A stretch of 64,000 bases of DNA from Acetobacteraceae bacterium. Its GTDB lineage: Bacteria > Pseudomonadota > Alphaproteobacteria > Acetobacterales > Acetobacteraceae. The position numbers and the translations under genes were made by a program. The first letter of the stretch is position 1, and each line of letters starts with the position of its first letter. The stretch is from contig DATKPQ010000181.1 of assembly GCA_035523995.1 (NCBI GenBank), positions 15,312 through 79,311 on the forward strand, written 5' to 3'. The notes under the pieces are model-generated. The model was not told the origin of the DNA. It made no database searches and saw only the letters and a program-made list of their open reading frames with translations. Shown here one piece after another: positions 10,201 through 18,470 of the stretch.

Positions 10201-10412
10201 GGGTGGCCGCCCATACGTTGAAATCAGCGAGCCGGGTGATTGGTGCCTTGGCGCTGTCGGCGCGGTGCGCGACGCTGGAAGCGCTGGCGCTTGAAGGGTG
10301 GAGCAATGAGCTGCTGGTGCTGGTTGAGCAAGTGATCTCGGAGTACCAATCGATACGGCCCGCCGTCGAAGCGCAGTTTGCCGGTGCGGCGGAGTTGGCG
10401 ACGGACGTGTAG
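7287..10412 (+). CDS. hybrid sensor histidine kinase/response regulator (Cache-HAMP-HisKA-HATPase-REC-REC-HPt)
   Basis: 1041 aa. TM - periplasmic Cache-like domain - TM - HAMP; H-box SHEIRTPMNGV; N/G boxes (LGNAVKFT, DTGIGI, GGSGLGLSI). Two receiver domains (VLIDKNLPSIDG; VFMDCQMPEMDG...KP). C-terminal HPt (AAHTLKSAS). Confidence 0.9.
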   Translation: MRRLPGFGLTARLVFLAVIAVLPALAIQGYNEYDLRRARENDIRQRVIQITRQFGEEMGELREGARQLLVALTRFSWINTADPTECSRNLKALKAGLPNYDWLSVADATGHTVCSSSPNELANVSKMPFFIRAMATENLAVGDYWKNPATGEQVIQFALRFNGPDGKVAGVVSAALDLNWLTNRLADRGLSPGASILIADRDGNIISRLPDPGALIGKNMRKTHEKIMDGDTAGWEEARGVDGITRIFGYVPAALPPYDLFLSAGLPKIAAFNDIDRATLRGMALIFVGLVVAILAALYGGSHFIKRPIQDLAGAARRWRDGDYAARASDRESVSEFSQLALAFNEMADAVASRQAAQKKAEEQLVELASTLEERVAQRTEELAQANRVKSQFVANMSHEIRTPMNGVLGMLELLLEENLTPKQRQYALTAFRSGESLLHIVNGVLDLSRIEAGKLLITAEQLDLRVMVEETVRLFSGAASAKKIKLLYQISPATPRNLIGDEGRIRQVLTNILGNAVKFTTAGEVALYVSAVELGSDRIRLDFRVRDTGIGIPPEKQRDIFDIFAQADGSTTRRYGGSGLGLSIARQLCELMGGSISVESELGIGSTFRFSVIVGKVADDFDADVPTDWPALKGKSVLVVDDNETNLEIIDSQLTRIGVHTRCVTDPAVALALLGEHAERRTAFDFVLIDKNLPSIDGRELARRIRADTVVSGTHIAMLSSSDEGMDTGSGIERWLTKPVRKRELYECLALLASAPAPLPPSLAAALPGAQPPVGARVLLVEDNEVNLELSRILLQLEGCDVTSATDGREGVAAFRSSTFDMVFMDCQMPEMDGFEATAEIRAMEASSSRHTPIIAVTASAIEGDRERCLRAGMDDYLAKPVSRHAIRTMLARWRSDKTLSVGQTISVAEGYTAGNKATLSEAVLSGLRELENEADGGLVQRLMSGFLHSSPQLLDDLRRGSTAHDADAIRVAAHTLKSASRVIGALALSARCATLEALALEGWSNELLVLVEQVISEYQSIRPAVEAQFAGAAELATDV

Positions 10413-10543
10413 GGGTGCAAGGCAACCGTGCGGGTTGAGCGGTGACCCAGGCCCACGCCGAAAAACCCGCCCTGGGCGGTAGGGGACCCGATTGGGCACG
10501 CGTTCAGCTTGACCCATTCCGTGGCCACCCGCACATCAGGCTT

Positions 10544-10990
10544 ATGTCCGATCCGTTCGTCATCCCACAGGAACCTACCGCCGCCGCAGCCATCGCCGCC
10601 ATCGGCGAGGATCTGGATGTGTTCGACGACTGGATGGACCGCTACCAATTTATCATTGAGCTCGGCCGGAAGCTGCCACCGTTTCCCGACGCGTGGATGG
10701 ACGATGCCCATCGCGTGCCCGGATGCCAGAGCAAAGTCTGGATGGAAGGCGTGTGCCGGGCAGGGAAACTCTACCTCGCCGGCATTTCGGACGCCGCAAT
10801 CGTTTCCGGCCTCATTGCGCTGCTGTTGCGGGTCTATTCGGGGCGGACGCCGGGCGAGATCGTTGCCACCGACCCGGTTTTCCTGCGCGAGCTTGGCTTG
10901 CTGGAGGCGTTGTCCACCAATCGCGGCAACGGCATTGCCGCCATGGCACGCAAGATCCGCGAGCTCGCCGCGGTTCAGCGGGCTGCCTGA
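10544..10990 (+). CDS. sufE: SufE-family cysteine desulfuration/sulfur acceptor protein
   Basis: DWMDRYQFIIELGRKLP...HRVPGCQSKVWM...ISDAAIVSGLIALL...LSTNRGNG matches the SufE/CsdE signature, including the conserved Cys in PGCQS. Confidence 0.8.
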   Translation: MSDPFVIPQEPTAAAAIAAIGEDLDVFDDWMDRYQFIIELGRKLPPFPDAWMDDAHRVPGCQSKVWMEGVCRAGKLYLAGISDAAIVSGLIALLLRVYSGRTPGEIVATDPVFLRELGLLEALSTNRGNGIAAMARKIRELAAVQRAA

Positions 10991-11016
10991 CGCGGGCACA
11001 AGCCCGACCTCGCGCC

Positions 11017-11769
11017 TCAGCCAAGCCGCGGGTCGGGAACGCGCGCGGCGATGAGTACGTCTACGCGCGTTGCCCCGCCGGCCAGCATCACCACGGCGCA
11101 CGCATTCGCCGTCGCGCCGGAGGTCATCACGTCGTCGATCAGCACCACGGACCGGCCGGGCAGCAGTGCTTGCCTGCCCGCGCGAATGGCGAAGGCGTCG
11201 CGCACCTCCTCGGCCCGCTCGGTGGCGGATTTGTCCCCGAGCGAGACGGTGGCGCGGTGACGTACCAACAGGTCGAGCGCGGCGGTCACCCCGGAGAGGT
11301 GGCCGACCGCCGTCGCCAGCAAAGCTGCCTGGTTGTAGCGGCGGTGAAAAAGCCGCCTGCGGTGCAGGGGCACGGGCACCAGCAGGTTCGCCTGGCTCAG
11401 CAGTAACGCGCCTGCGCGCAGGAGATACGGCGCCAGCCTGGTGGCAAGTTCAGGCCGATCCGCGTGCTTCAGTGGCAGGACCAGCCTGCGGGCCTGCGAA
11501 TCGTACCGCAACGCTGCGCGTGCGGTGCCAAACATCGGCGGCGCGGCGTGGCAGGAGGGACACAATCCGCCGCGAAGGGCCTGAGCGGGAGCGGCGAATG
11601 GTACGCCACACCGGACGCAACACGGGTCGGTGATGAAGGTGGTATGGCCGAAGCAGCGGGCGCACAGCAGGCCGTGCGTTTCGACACGTTCATCGCAGCA
11701 CAGGCACTGGGGCGGCAGCAGCAGGTCCAGCGCGGAGCGGCCTGCGTGACGAAACACGTCTAGGACCAT
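11017..11769 (-). CDS. comF: ComF-family protein (double zinc-ribbon + phosphoribosyltransferase domain)
   Basis: N-terminal CxxC...CxxC ribbons (PPQCLCCDERV...CARCF...CCVRCGVPF...CPSC) and C-terminal PRTase motif VVLIDDVMTSGAT. Confidence 0.8.
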   Translation of the reverse strand: MVLDVFRHAGRSALDLLLPPQCLCCDERVETHGLLCARCFGHTTFITDPCCVRCGVPFAAPAQALRGGLCPSCHAAPPMFGTARAALRYDSQARRLVLPLKHADRPELATRLAPYLLRAGALLLSQANLLVPVPLHRRRLFHRRYNQAALLATAVGHLSGVTAALDLLVRHRATVSLGDKSATERAEEVRDAFAIRAGRQALLPGRSVVLIDDVMTSGATANACAVVMLAGGATRVDVLIAARVPDPRLG

Positions 11770-11840
11770 AGCAGAACACGCAGCTTGGGTTTAGCGTGGA
11801 GGCGATTGTCGGCGTCATAACGGGCGCTTGCTGCTTTGCC

Positions 11841-11951
11841 TCGTCACGGCCGGGATTGACCCCGACATCTACGAAGGATCGATCGAGCCGCACGGCGGCG
11901 AAACCGCCCCGACCTGCCGGGGTAGATGGCCGGATCAAGCCAGGCAGTGAC
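11841..11951. repeat. interspersed repeat family C, inverted pair of about 31-nt units
   Basis: cgtcacggccgggattgaccccgacatctac (11841-11871) and gtagatggccggatcaagccaggcagtgacg (11921-11951) are imperfect reverse complements. Same unit as at 39081, 39218 and 44362. Confidence 0.6.
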
Positions 11952-12062
11952 GAAGAAGGAGACACCGAACAGCCATCCACGCTCACAAGATCCGCACGCT
12001 ATACGGTGAATCTTACTGTTCCGTTAGCGCCCGTGGCCGTCATCAGCGACGCAGTGAACGTC

Positions 12063-12899
12063 TCATTCTGCCGCCAGCGCCGCGTGCAGCCGGCGGGTGT
12101 CGTCCGCCGGGAACATCCTAAGGCGCAAAAACAGATCGATCAGGACAAGATTGACGTTGAATTTGAAATCGTCGGTGTCGCGTACCGTTTGCAGCACGCG
12201 ATCGATCGGCCATAGTTCGAACGCCGCGACTTCTCCATCCGCGGGTCGAGGCACGAAATCCGGTGGCAGGTCGAGATCGTAGCAATGCAGCAGATCGCGG
12301 CGCAGGCCTTCCGCCCGCTCCATGGCGTAGCCGATGGCGGCCACGCGGCGTGCATGGTGGGAAAGGTCTGGCGGGATGGCTGCCTCCTCTTCTGCTTCCT
12401 TGATCAGCGTTTGTTCCGGAGTCAGGCCGGCGGGTACGCCGCCAGCAGTGATGTGGTCCAGCTTTCCCGGATCCAGCAGCTTGTCGGCGGCCCTACGGGC
12501 AATCCAGAGATGCAACCCATCCGGACGCTGCACCAACCCGTTCACATGCACCCCTACGGCGACCACCCCGAAGGAAGGAATGGCCCCGCGGTCCAGCCGT
12601 GCCAATACCGGCCCATCTGGCGAGGCGCGCACGTCGAATGCCTCATTGCGCCAGCGATAGTGGCCAGCCGCCGCAAGTGCACGGGCAATGTCAGCCAGCG
12701 CGGCACCATCTTCCAGCACCACCGCGCCGTCTCGCTGCACGATCCGGGGCCATGCCGCGAGCGCCTCGGCGAAGTGCGGCTTCACCCAGCCCACCTGCGC
12801 GGCACCGATGCGGAACGGCGTACGTTCGCCGGGCAACACGGCGCTATGGCAGGCGCGGATGTGACGCAGGAACGCCCAAGATTCTGCCGCGAGGCTCAA
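12063..12899 (-). CDS. NUDIX hydrolase family protein (DUF4743-type N-terminal domain)
   Basis: Nudix box GGVPAGLTPEQTLIKEAEEEAAI. 278 aa, GC3-rich. Confidence 0.75.
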   Translation of the reverse strand: MSLAAESWAFLRHIRACHSAVLPGERTPFRIGAAQVGWVKPHFAEALAAWPRIVQRDGAVVLEDGAALADIARALAAAGHYRWRNEAFDVRASPDGPVLARLDRGAIPSFGVVAVGVHVNGLVQRPDGLHLWIARRAADKLLDPGKLDHITAGGVPAGLTPEQTLIKEAEEEAAIPPDLSHHARRVAAIGYAMERAEGLRRDLLHCYDLDLPPDFVPRPADGEVAAFELWPIDRVLQTVRDTDDFKFNVNLVLIDLFLRLRMFPADDTRRLHAALAAE

Positions 12900-12944
12900 G
12901 CCGGCCGCCTTTCAAACCGTCCACGAACATGCCACATCCGGGTC

Positions 12945-14786
12945 ATGAGACGAAACAGGACTGCGGCACTGCCGCCGGTACTGCGGGTGGAGCGATCCGG
13001 TATTCAGACGGTTCTATCGCTGCTGCCCTATCTGTGGCCCGCAGGCAACCCCATCGCACGGCTGCGGGTCGTGATCGCCGTATTGTTCTTGCTGCTGGCC
13101 AAAGGCGCCAGCGTCGTGGTGCCGATCATCTACGGCCGCATCGTCGATGCCATCGCACCGAAGCATGGCGGCATGTTGGTTCTGCCGGTGGCGCTGGTGG
13201 TGGCCTATGGTCTGACCCGGATCGCCTCGTCCGGCTTCGGCGAGTTGCGCGATGCCTTGTTCGCCCCGGTGCAGCAGCGCGCGGTGCGGGAGATGGCGCT
13301 GCACACCTTCCGCCATCTGCATGCGCTGTCGCTGCGTTTCCACCTGGATCGGCAGACCGGCAGCCTGGCGCGCATCATCGATCGCGGAACGCAGGGCGTG
13401 CAGTCGGTGCTGCGGCTCGCGGTGTTCAACGTGGTGCCCACGGCAATCGAGTTGCTGCTGGTTACCGCAATTATCTGGCGGCTGTTTGGCTGGCGCTTCT
13501 CCGCCGTCACGTTGACCGCCGTGGCAGCCTATGTCGGCTTCACCGCGGCCTTCGCGACGAGGCGCGTCCGCTTGCGCCGGACGATGAACGATACCGACAA
13601 CGACGCGTCCACCAAGGCGCTCGACAGCCTGCTGAATTTCGAGACGGTCAAGTATTTCGGCAATGAGGCGCATGAGGCGGTGCGCTACGACGGCGCACTG
13701 GCACGCTATGAACGTGCCGCGGTGCGGGTGCAGGTATCGCTGAATTTGCTGAACCTGGGGCAGGCGGCGATTATCGCCGTGGGTCTGACCGGCATCATGT
13801 TGATGGCAGCGCAGGGAGTGCGCGACGGCAGCATGACGGTGGGAAAGTTCGTGTTGATCAACACCTATCTCATGCAGCTTTACCAGCCGCTGAATTTCCT
13901 CGGCATGGTCTATATGACCATCCGCCAGGGGCTGGCGGACATGGAGCAAATGTTCCGGCTGCTGCGGGTGCCGACGGATGTGATCGACCGGCCGGATGCG
14001 ATGGCCCTGGCGGCGCATCTCTCGGAAGGGCCGGCGGGCGAAGTGCGGTTTGAAAACGTGTGGTTCGGCTATGGCCCGGACCGCGTTATTCTGCATGGCA
14101 TCGATTTCACCGTGCCGGCGGGACGCAAGCTGGCGATCGTCGGGCCCACCGGCGCCGGCAAGTCCACGATCACCAAGCTGTTGTTCCGTTTCTATGACGT
14201 GACCGGCGGACGCATCTGCATCGACGGGCAGGATATCCGCGAAGTGACGCAGGAAAGTCTGCGTGCGGCCATCGGTGTAGTGCCGCAGGACACCGTATTG
14301 TTCAACGACAGCATCCGCTACAACATCGCCTATGGCCGGCCCGATGCATCACAGGATGAGATCGAGGCGGCAGCGCGGCTGGCGCAGGTGCATGAGTTCG
14401 TGCGGCAGCTTCCGCAGGGCTATGACACACGAGTGGGCGAGCGCGGGCTGAAGCTTTCGGGTGGCGAGAAGCAGCGCGTGGCGATCGCGCGGACCATCCT
14501 GAAGGATCCACGGATCCTGATCCTGGATGAAGCGACCAGCGCGCTGGATACGCGAACGGAGCAAGAAATCCAGACCGCGCTGCGCGGCCTGGCGCGGCAT
14601 CGCACAACTCTGGTGATCGCGCATCGTCTCTCTACCGTGGTGGATGCGGACGAGATCATCGTTCTGGCCGACGGCGGTGTGGCGGAACGCGGTACGCATG
14701 TGTCCTTGCTTGCATTGGGCGGGCTCTATGCGCGTATGTGGGCCGTGCAGGCGGTGGAGCAAGAACAAGCCGAAGTGTCGGCATAG
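12945..14786 (+). CDS. ABC transporter permease/ATP-binding protein, ATM1/HMT1-like (ABCB-type exporter)
   Basis: Six-TM domain followed by an NBD with Walker A GPTGAGKST, signature LSGGEKQRVAIAR, Walker B ILILDEATSALD. Start chosen at MRRNRTAALPP because the upstream part of the 833-aa ORF is antisense to the NUDIX gene. Confidence 0.85.
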   Translation: MRRNRTAALPPVLRVERSGIQTVLSLLPYLWPAGNPIARLRVVIAVLFLLLAKGASVVVPIIYGRIVDAIAPKHGGMLVLPVALVVAYGLTRIASSGFGELRDALFAPVQQRAVREMALHTFRHLHALSLRFHLDRQTGSLARIIDRGTQGVQSVLRLAVFNVVPTAIELLLVTAIIWRLFGWRFSAVTLTAVAAYVGFTAAFATRRVRLRRTMNDTDNDASTKALDSLLNFETVKYFGNEAHEAVRYDGALARYERAAVRVQVSLNLLNLGQAAIIAVGLTGIMLMAAQGVRDGSMTVGKFVLINTYLMQLYQPLNFLGMVYMTIRQGLADMEQMFRLLRVPTDVIDRPDAMALAAHLSEGPAGEVRFENVWFGYGPDRVILHGIDFTVPAGRKLAIVGPTGAGKSTITKLLFRFYDVTGGRICIDGQDIREVTQESLRAAIGVVPQDTVLFNDSIRYNIAYGRPDASQDEIEAAARLAQVHEFVRQLPQGYDTRVGERGLKLSGGEKQRVAIARTILKDPRILILDEATSALDTRTEQEIQTALRGLARHRTTLVIAHRLSTVVDADEIIVLADGGVAERGTHVSLLALGGLYARMWAVQAVEQEQAEVSA

Positions 14787-14795
14787 GGAGTGCAA

Positions 14796-15029
14796 ATGAT
14801 GCAGCCAGGAAACGACGATCAACCTCCGGCCGATCTGAGCCATGCGGGCGCCGTGGTGGACAAGGCAATCGAGTACATGCAGGGGCAGAATATCGACCCG
14901 GTTTCGATTGCCTCAGCGTTGCTCGGGGGCGCGTTGGCAATGCTGTCGCGCAGCGTGGCGGATGAGGCGATCGTCGCGATCCTGAACAATGCGATCGCCA
15001 GCGTGAAGGCTGGGGAGTTGCAGCGATAG
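14796..15029 (+). CDS. small hypothetical protein (77 aa)
   Basis: AGGGAG 5 nt before the ATG, GC3-rich. Begins 10 nt after the ABC transporter stop. No motif recognised. Confidence 0.45.
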   Translation: MMQPGNDDQPPADLSHAGAVVDKAIEYMQGQNIDPVSIASALLGGALAMLSRSVADEAIVAILNNAIASVKAGELQR

Positions 15030-15112
15030 GGCGACTGCGTCTGTTTCGCACTTGACGGCGGCACACCGGGTGACACTTCTCCGCTGATGTCAAATCGTTG
15101 GGGAGAATCGCC

Positions 15113-15403
15113 ATGCCGGTCCGTCTCGTCGTCTCGATCACCGCCGCACCTGGCAAGGGCGGCGAACTGGCGGAGCAATTCCGCCAGCGCTGTGCCGAAG
15201 TCATGCAGGAACCCGGCTGCCAGCAATTCGAAGTATTCCAAAGCGAATTGAACCCGGACCGGTTGGTACTGCTGGAACTTTGGCAGGATCAGGCGGCGCT
15301 CGACGTCCATGCGAAGGTCAACGCCACGCGCGCGCCTATGCCGGCAGGACTCCGCGTTGGTGCCGGCGAACGCGAGGATTACGAGTACAACCGCACGCGC
15401 TGA
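15113..15403 (+). CDS. antibiotic-biosynthesis-monooxygenase (ABM)/putative quinol monooxygenase family protein
   Basis: 96 aa. MPVRLVVSITAAPGKGGELAEQFRQ...GCQQFEVFQS...DRLVLLELWQDQAALDVH is the typical ABM ferredoxin-like fold pattern. GGGGAGAA RBS. Confidence 0.75.
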   Translation: MPVRLVVSITAAPGKGGELAEQFRQRCAEVMQEPGCQQFEVFQSELNPDRLVLLELWQDQAALDVHAKVNATRAPMPAGLRVGAGEREDYEYNRTR

Positions 15404-15440
15404 TACCCAGAAGCAGGTGAGTTCGGCTCCACCTAACCCA

Positions 15441-15552
15441 TGTCATTGCGAGGTGCCGTAGGGGCCGAAGCAACCTCGGTCGAGTGGGGGCTTGGGAGTC
15501 CGGGGACCAACTCGAACGAGGCTGCCGCGTCGCTTTGCTGCTAGCGAGAAAG
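15441..15552. repeat. interspersed inverted-repeat element, family A (GTCATTGCGAG ... CGAAGCAA type), copy A1, right arm degenerate
   Basis: tgtcattgcgaggtgccgtaggggccgaagcaacctcggtcgag... shares the left arm and the ctcggtcgag core with copy A2. Confidence 0.55.
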
Positions 15553-15561
15553 AACGCCTTG

Positions 15562-15652
15562 CCCTCCCCTTGTGGGAGGGGGGAGGGGCAGGGGGGCGAA
15601 ACGTACTACGAGGTCGCCCCCTCCCCCTGCCCCCCCTCCACAAGGGAGGGGG
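15562..15652. repeat. G/C-tract palindromic repeat, family B, best copy
   Basis: ccctccccttgtgggaggggggaggggcagggggg (15562-15596) and ccccctccccctgccccccctccacaagggaggggg (15617-15652) are near reverse complements around a 20-nt spacer. Confidence 0.7.
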
Positions 15653-15705
15653 ACCCTGCTGTGCCAGACGGTGCTAGTTCCGAATGACAATTGGACGCCA
15701 TGTGT

Positions 15706-16506
15706 TCAGTCACGCACGATGGGGCAGCTTTCGTCGCGTGCCCAGTCCGCGAAGCTGAGGTAGTACACGCGGACATCGTCAAATCCGGCGCGCGCGGCTG
15801 CCGCGGCTGCGAGAGCCGCGCGGCCGCCGCCTTCGCAATGCGTCACGATGTGATCGCCGGGGCCAAATCCGACTTGCTCCAGCATCGAGTGCAGCACCGG
15901 GGCAGAATGCACGATGCCATTACGCATCAGGTCGGCATGCGACAGATGACGCGCGCCCGGCAGGTGGCCGCTGCGGGCACGGCCGCGCGCGTCTTCGCCG
16001 GTGAATTCCGCGCGGGTTCGGCTGTCGAACACGTGGGCGGCGCCATCAAGCTGCCGTTTCAGCGTGTCCCGATCGACCACACCGACCGCACCTGTCCCGG
16101 CCACTGCGTGGAACGCCGCCGTTGCGGGCGATGCTGCGGACGGCACATTGGCCGCGGCTGCAAGCGCCGGCCAGCCGCCATTCAGGATCGCGGCCTTGGC
16201 GCCGAAATATTGCAGGATGAACCAAACCCGCGCGGCATTGGTCATCGCACCGGCATCGTAGGCAACCGCCGTCACGCCATCGCCGACGCCGAGTGTTCGG
16301 AATGCGTCGTCCCAAAACGCGTTGGCCTTGAAGCCGGTGGTCGCGGATTTGGCGGCGCCATCCCACGCATCCAGCGGCACTCGCACGGCGCCTGGTGCAT
16401 GGCCGGCATCGAACGCCGCCTGATCGCGCGCGTCGAGATAGCGAACAGGGCCGAGCGTCGAAAGCGCGGCGATGTCAACGATTGGATCTTGCGGCATGAT
16501 CTGCAT
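15706..16506 (-). CDS. thiosulfate/3-mercaptopyruvate sulfurtransferase (tandem rhodanese domains)
   Basis: Two rhodanese modules. Active-site loop HCEGGGRA in the C-terminal domain. Confidence 0.85.
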   Translation of the reverse strand: MQIMPQDPIVDIAALSTLGPVRYLDARDQAAFDAGHAPGAVRVPLDAWDGAAKSATTGFKANAFWDDAFRTLGVGDGVTAVAYDAGAMTNAARVWFILQYFGAKAAILNGGWPALAAAANVPSAASPATAAFHAVAGTGAVGVVDRDTLKRQLDGAAHVFDSRTRAEFTGEDARGRARSGHLPGARHLSHADLMRNGIVHSAPVLHSMLEQVGFGPGDHIVTHCEGGGRAALAAAAAARAGFDDVRVYYLSFADWARDESCPIVRD

Positions 16507-16565
16507 CTCCTGCCTGGCGCACCCTGTGCGCGATTGCCCCAGTGTTCCGTCTCTGGCGGATCGCG

Positions 16566-16649
16566 GTCATTGCGAGCGAAGCGAAGCAATCCCCAACGAG
16601 CGATTGCACGTAATCTCGGTCGAGATTGCCTCGCTTCTCTCGCAATGAC
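16566..16649. repeat. family A inverted-repeat element, copy A2 (compact, near-perfect)
   Basis: gtcattgcgagcgaagcgaagcaatcc ... ctcggtcgag attgcctcgcttctctcgcaatgac. Its translations give the familiar LLRFARND / CFASLAMT pseudo-peptides seen in the shadow ORFs here. Confidence 0.8.
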
Positions 16650-16659
16650 ATGTGGAACC

Positions 16660-18303
16660 TCACGCGGCTGCACGCCGCGCGGGTTCCTCGCGTCCATCCT
16701 CCAGGATCATTTCCGAAGCCTTCTCCGCGATCATGATGGTTGGTGCGTTCGTATTGCCGGCAATGATCGCGGGCATGATCGAAGCGTCAACCACGCGCAG
16801 CCCCTCGATCCCATGCACGCGCAGCCGCGGATCGACCACCGCGTTCGGTCCGTGACCCATGCTGCATGATCCCACCGGATGCAGATTGGAAACCCCGCGC
16901 TTGCGAACGTCGTCCGCCAATTGCTCATCCGTGATGATCGACGAGCCGGGCAGAGTCTCTGCCACCAGCAGCTTCTGCAATGCGTGCTGCCGGGCAATCT
17001 GCCGCGCAATGCGCATGCCGGCGATGACCGCCTGCATGTCGTATTCGGACCGCAGGAAGTTGAACCGGATTTCGGGCGGCGCGAACGGATCGGGCGAGCG
17101 CAGTCGCACCGTGCCGCGTCCCTCGGGCCGCAGATGCACCGGGCTGATGGCAAATCCCGGGAAGGGATGCGAAATAATGCCGTTGCGTGTGCGGTCGATT
17201 GTGCTCCAGGCCGAGATGTTCAACTGGATGTCGGGGCGTTCCAGCCGCTTGTCGCTGCGCACCATGGCGCCGACATAGAGTCCGTTGCCGGACATCGGCC
17301 CGCGCCGCCCGAACACGTATTGCACGCCGGCGACGATCTGGCGCGGTACGGAATGATGCAGTTCGTTCAACGAGATCGAGCGCGAGATCCGCCATGCGCA
17401 GTAGGTATTGAAATGGTCGTGCAGGTTGCTGCCGACGCCCGGCAGTTCGTGCAGTACCGGAATTTCCATGTTCCGCAGATGCTGCGCCGGCCCGATCCCC
17501 GACAACAGCAGAAGCTGCGGCGAGCCATAGGCGCCGCCGGAGACGATCACCTCCGCATTGGCGTGCACCGTTTCCCGTCCGCGCGGGGTTTCGAACTCCA
17601 CGCCGACCGCACGCCCATTTTCCAACAGCACGCGGGTGGCATGCGCATGGGTGCGGATGGTCAGGTTGGACCGGCTGCGCGCGGGACGCAGATAGGCAGC
17701 GGCAGTGCTCCAGCGGCGGCGATCCTTGGTGGTGGTCTGGTAGTAGCCGCAGCCTTCCTGCTGGGCGCCGTTGAAATCCGGATTCGGCGGGATGCCGGCC
17801 TGGATACAGGCATCCAGCAGGATTTTCGCGATCTCCCACTCATAGGGCTGGTTGGAAACGTGCAGCGGGCCGCCGACGCCGTGGTATTCGTCCGAGCCAC
17901 GTTCGTTGTCTTCTGCCTTGCGGAAATACGGCAGCACCGAGTCCCAGTCCCAGCCCTCGCAGCCGAGCTGGCGCCAGTGATCGTAGTCGGCGTGGTTGCC
18001 GCGCATGTAGATCATGCCATTTATGGAGCTGGTGCCGCCCAGCACCTTGCCGCGCGGCTGGTACATGACGCGGTCGTTGAGGTTCGCTTCCGGTTCGGAA
18101 TCGAACATCCAGTTGACCTTCGGATTGCAGAAGGTCTTGGCGTAGCCGAGCGGGATGTGGATCCATGGGTTACTGTCCTTGCCGCCGGCTTCCAGCAGCA
18201 GCACGCGATGGCGGCCGGATTCGCTCAACCGGTTGGCGAGCACGCAGCCGGCCGACCCGGCTCCCGTGACGATATAGTCGTAGGTATTCTCCGCGGCAGA
18301 CAT
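16660..18303 (-). CDS. GMC-family FAD oxidoreductase (choline/alcohol dehydrogenase-like), paralog 1
   Basis: [21 protein letters not shown] (FAD ADP-binding), [15 protein letters not shown]-terminal HPVGSCSMG...VVDASIMP...[12 protein letters not shown]. Confidence 0.9.
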   Translation of the reverse strand: MSAAENTYDYIVTGAGSAGCVLANRLSESGRHRVLLLEAGGKDSNPWIHIPLGYAKTFCNPKVNWMFDSEPEANLNDRVMYQPRGKVLGGTSSINGMIYMRGNHADYDHWRQLGCEGWDWDSVLPYFRKAEDNERGSDEYHGVGGPLHVSNQPYEWEIAKILLDACIQAGIPPNPDFNGAQQEGCGYYQTTTKDRRRWSTAAAYLRPARSRSNLTIRTHAHATRVLLENGRAVGVEFETPRGRETVHANAEVIVSGGAYGSPQLLLLSGIGPAQHLRNMEIPVLHELPGVGSNLHDHFNTYCAWRISRSISLNELHHSVPRQIVAGVQYVFGRRGPMSGNGLYVGAMVRSDKRLERPDIQLNISAWSTIDRTRNGIISHPFPGFAISPVHLRPEGRGTVRLRSPDPFAPPEIRFNFLRSEYDMQAVIAGMRIARQIARQHALQKLLVAETLPGSSIITDEQLADDVRKRGVSNLHPVGSCSMGHGPNAVVDPRLRVHGIEGLRVVDASIMPAIIAGNTNAPTIMIAEKASEMILEDGREEPARRAAA

Positions 18304-18367
18304 ACGTTTCCTGGCCCTTCCCCTTGGTGTGGCGCGGCCGCACGGTCATTGTGGCCCGATCCTTCCT

Positions 18368-18457
18368 TCATTGCGAGGCCCACAGCGCGGAAGCAAGTCC
18401 GGTCACGTTGCGTCTGCGCGACCGAGGTTGCCTGGCCGCTTCGCCCCTCGCAACGAC
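18368..18457. repeat. family A inverted-repeat element, copy A3
   Basis: tcattgcgaggcccacagcgcggaagcaag ... ggttgcctggccgcttcgcccctcgcaacgac, in the divergent GMC/MFS intergenic region. Confidence 0.7.
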
Positions 18458-18470
18458 ACCAAGGGCATTA

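Noticed and set aside
12285-12944. Upstream 220 codons of the 833-aa ABC transporter ORF
   Set aside because: Entirely antisense to the NUDIX hydrolase gene with non-protein-like composition. The transporter begins at about 12945.
13014-14096. 360-aa antisense ORF within the ABC exporter gene
   Set aside because: His/Arg/Gln-rich nonsense composition, and the sense strand has Walker A/B and signature motifs.
15691-16869. 392-aa plus-strand ORF covering the rhodanese gene, repeat A2 and the GMC 3' end
   Set aside because: It reads straight through an intergenic repeat and two minus-strand genes that carry clear motifs, so it is an artefact.
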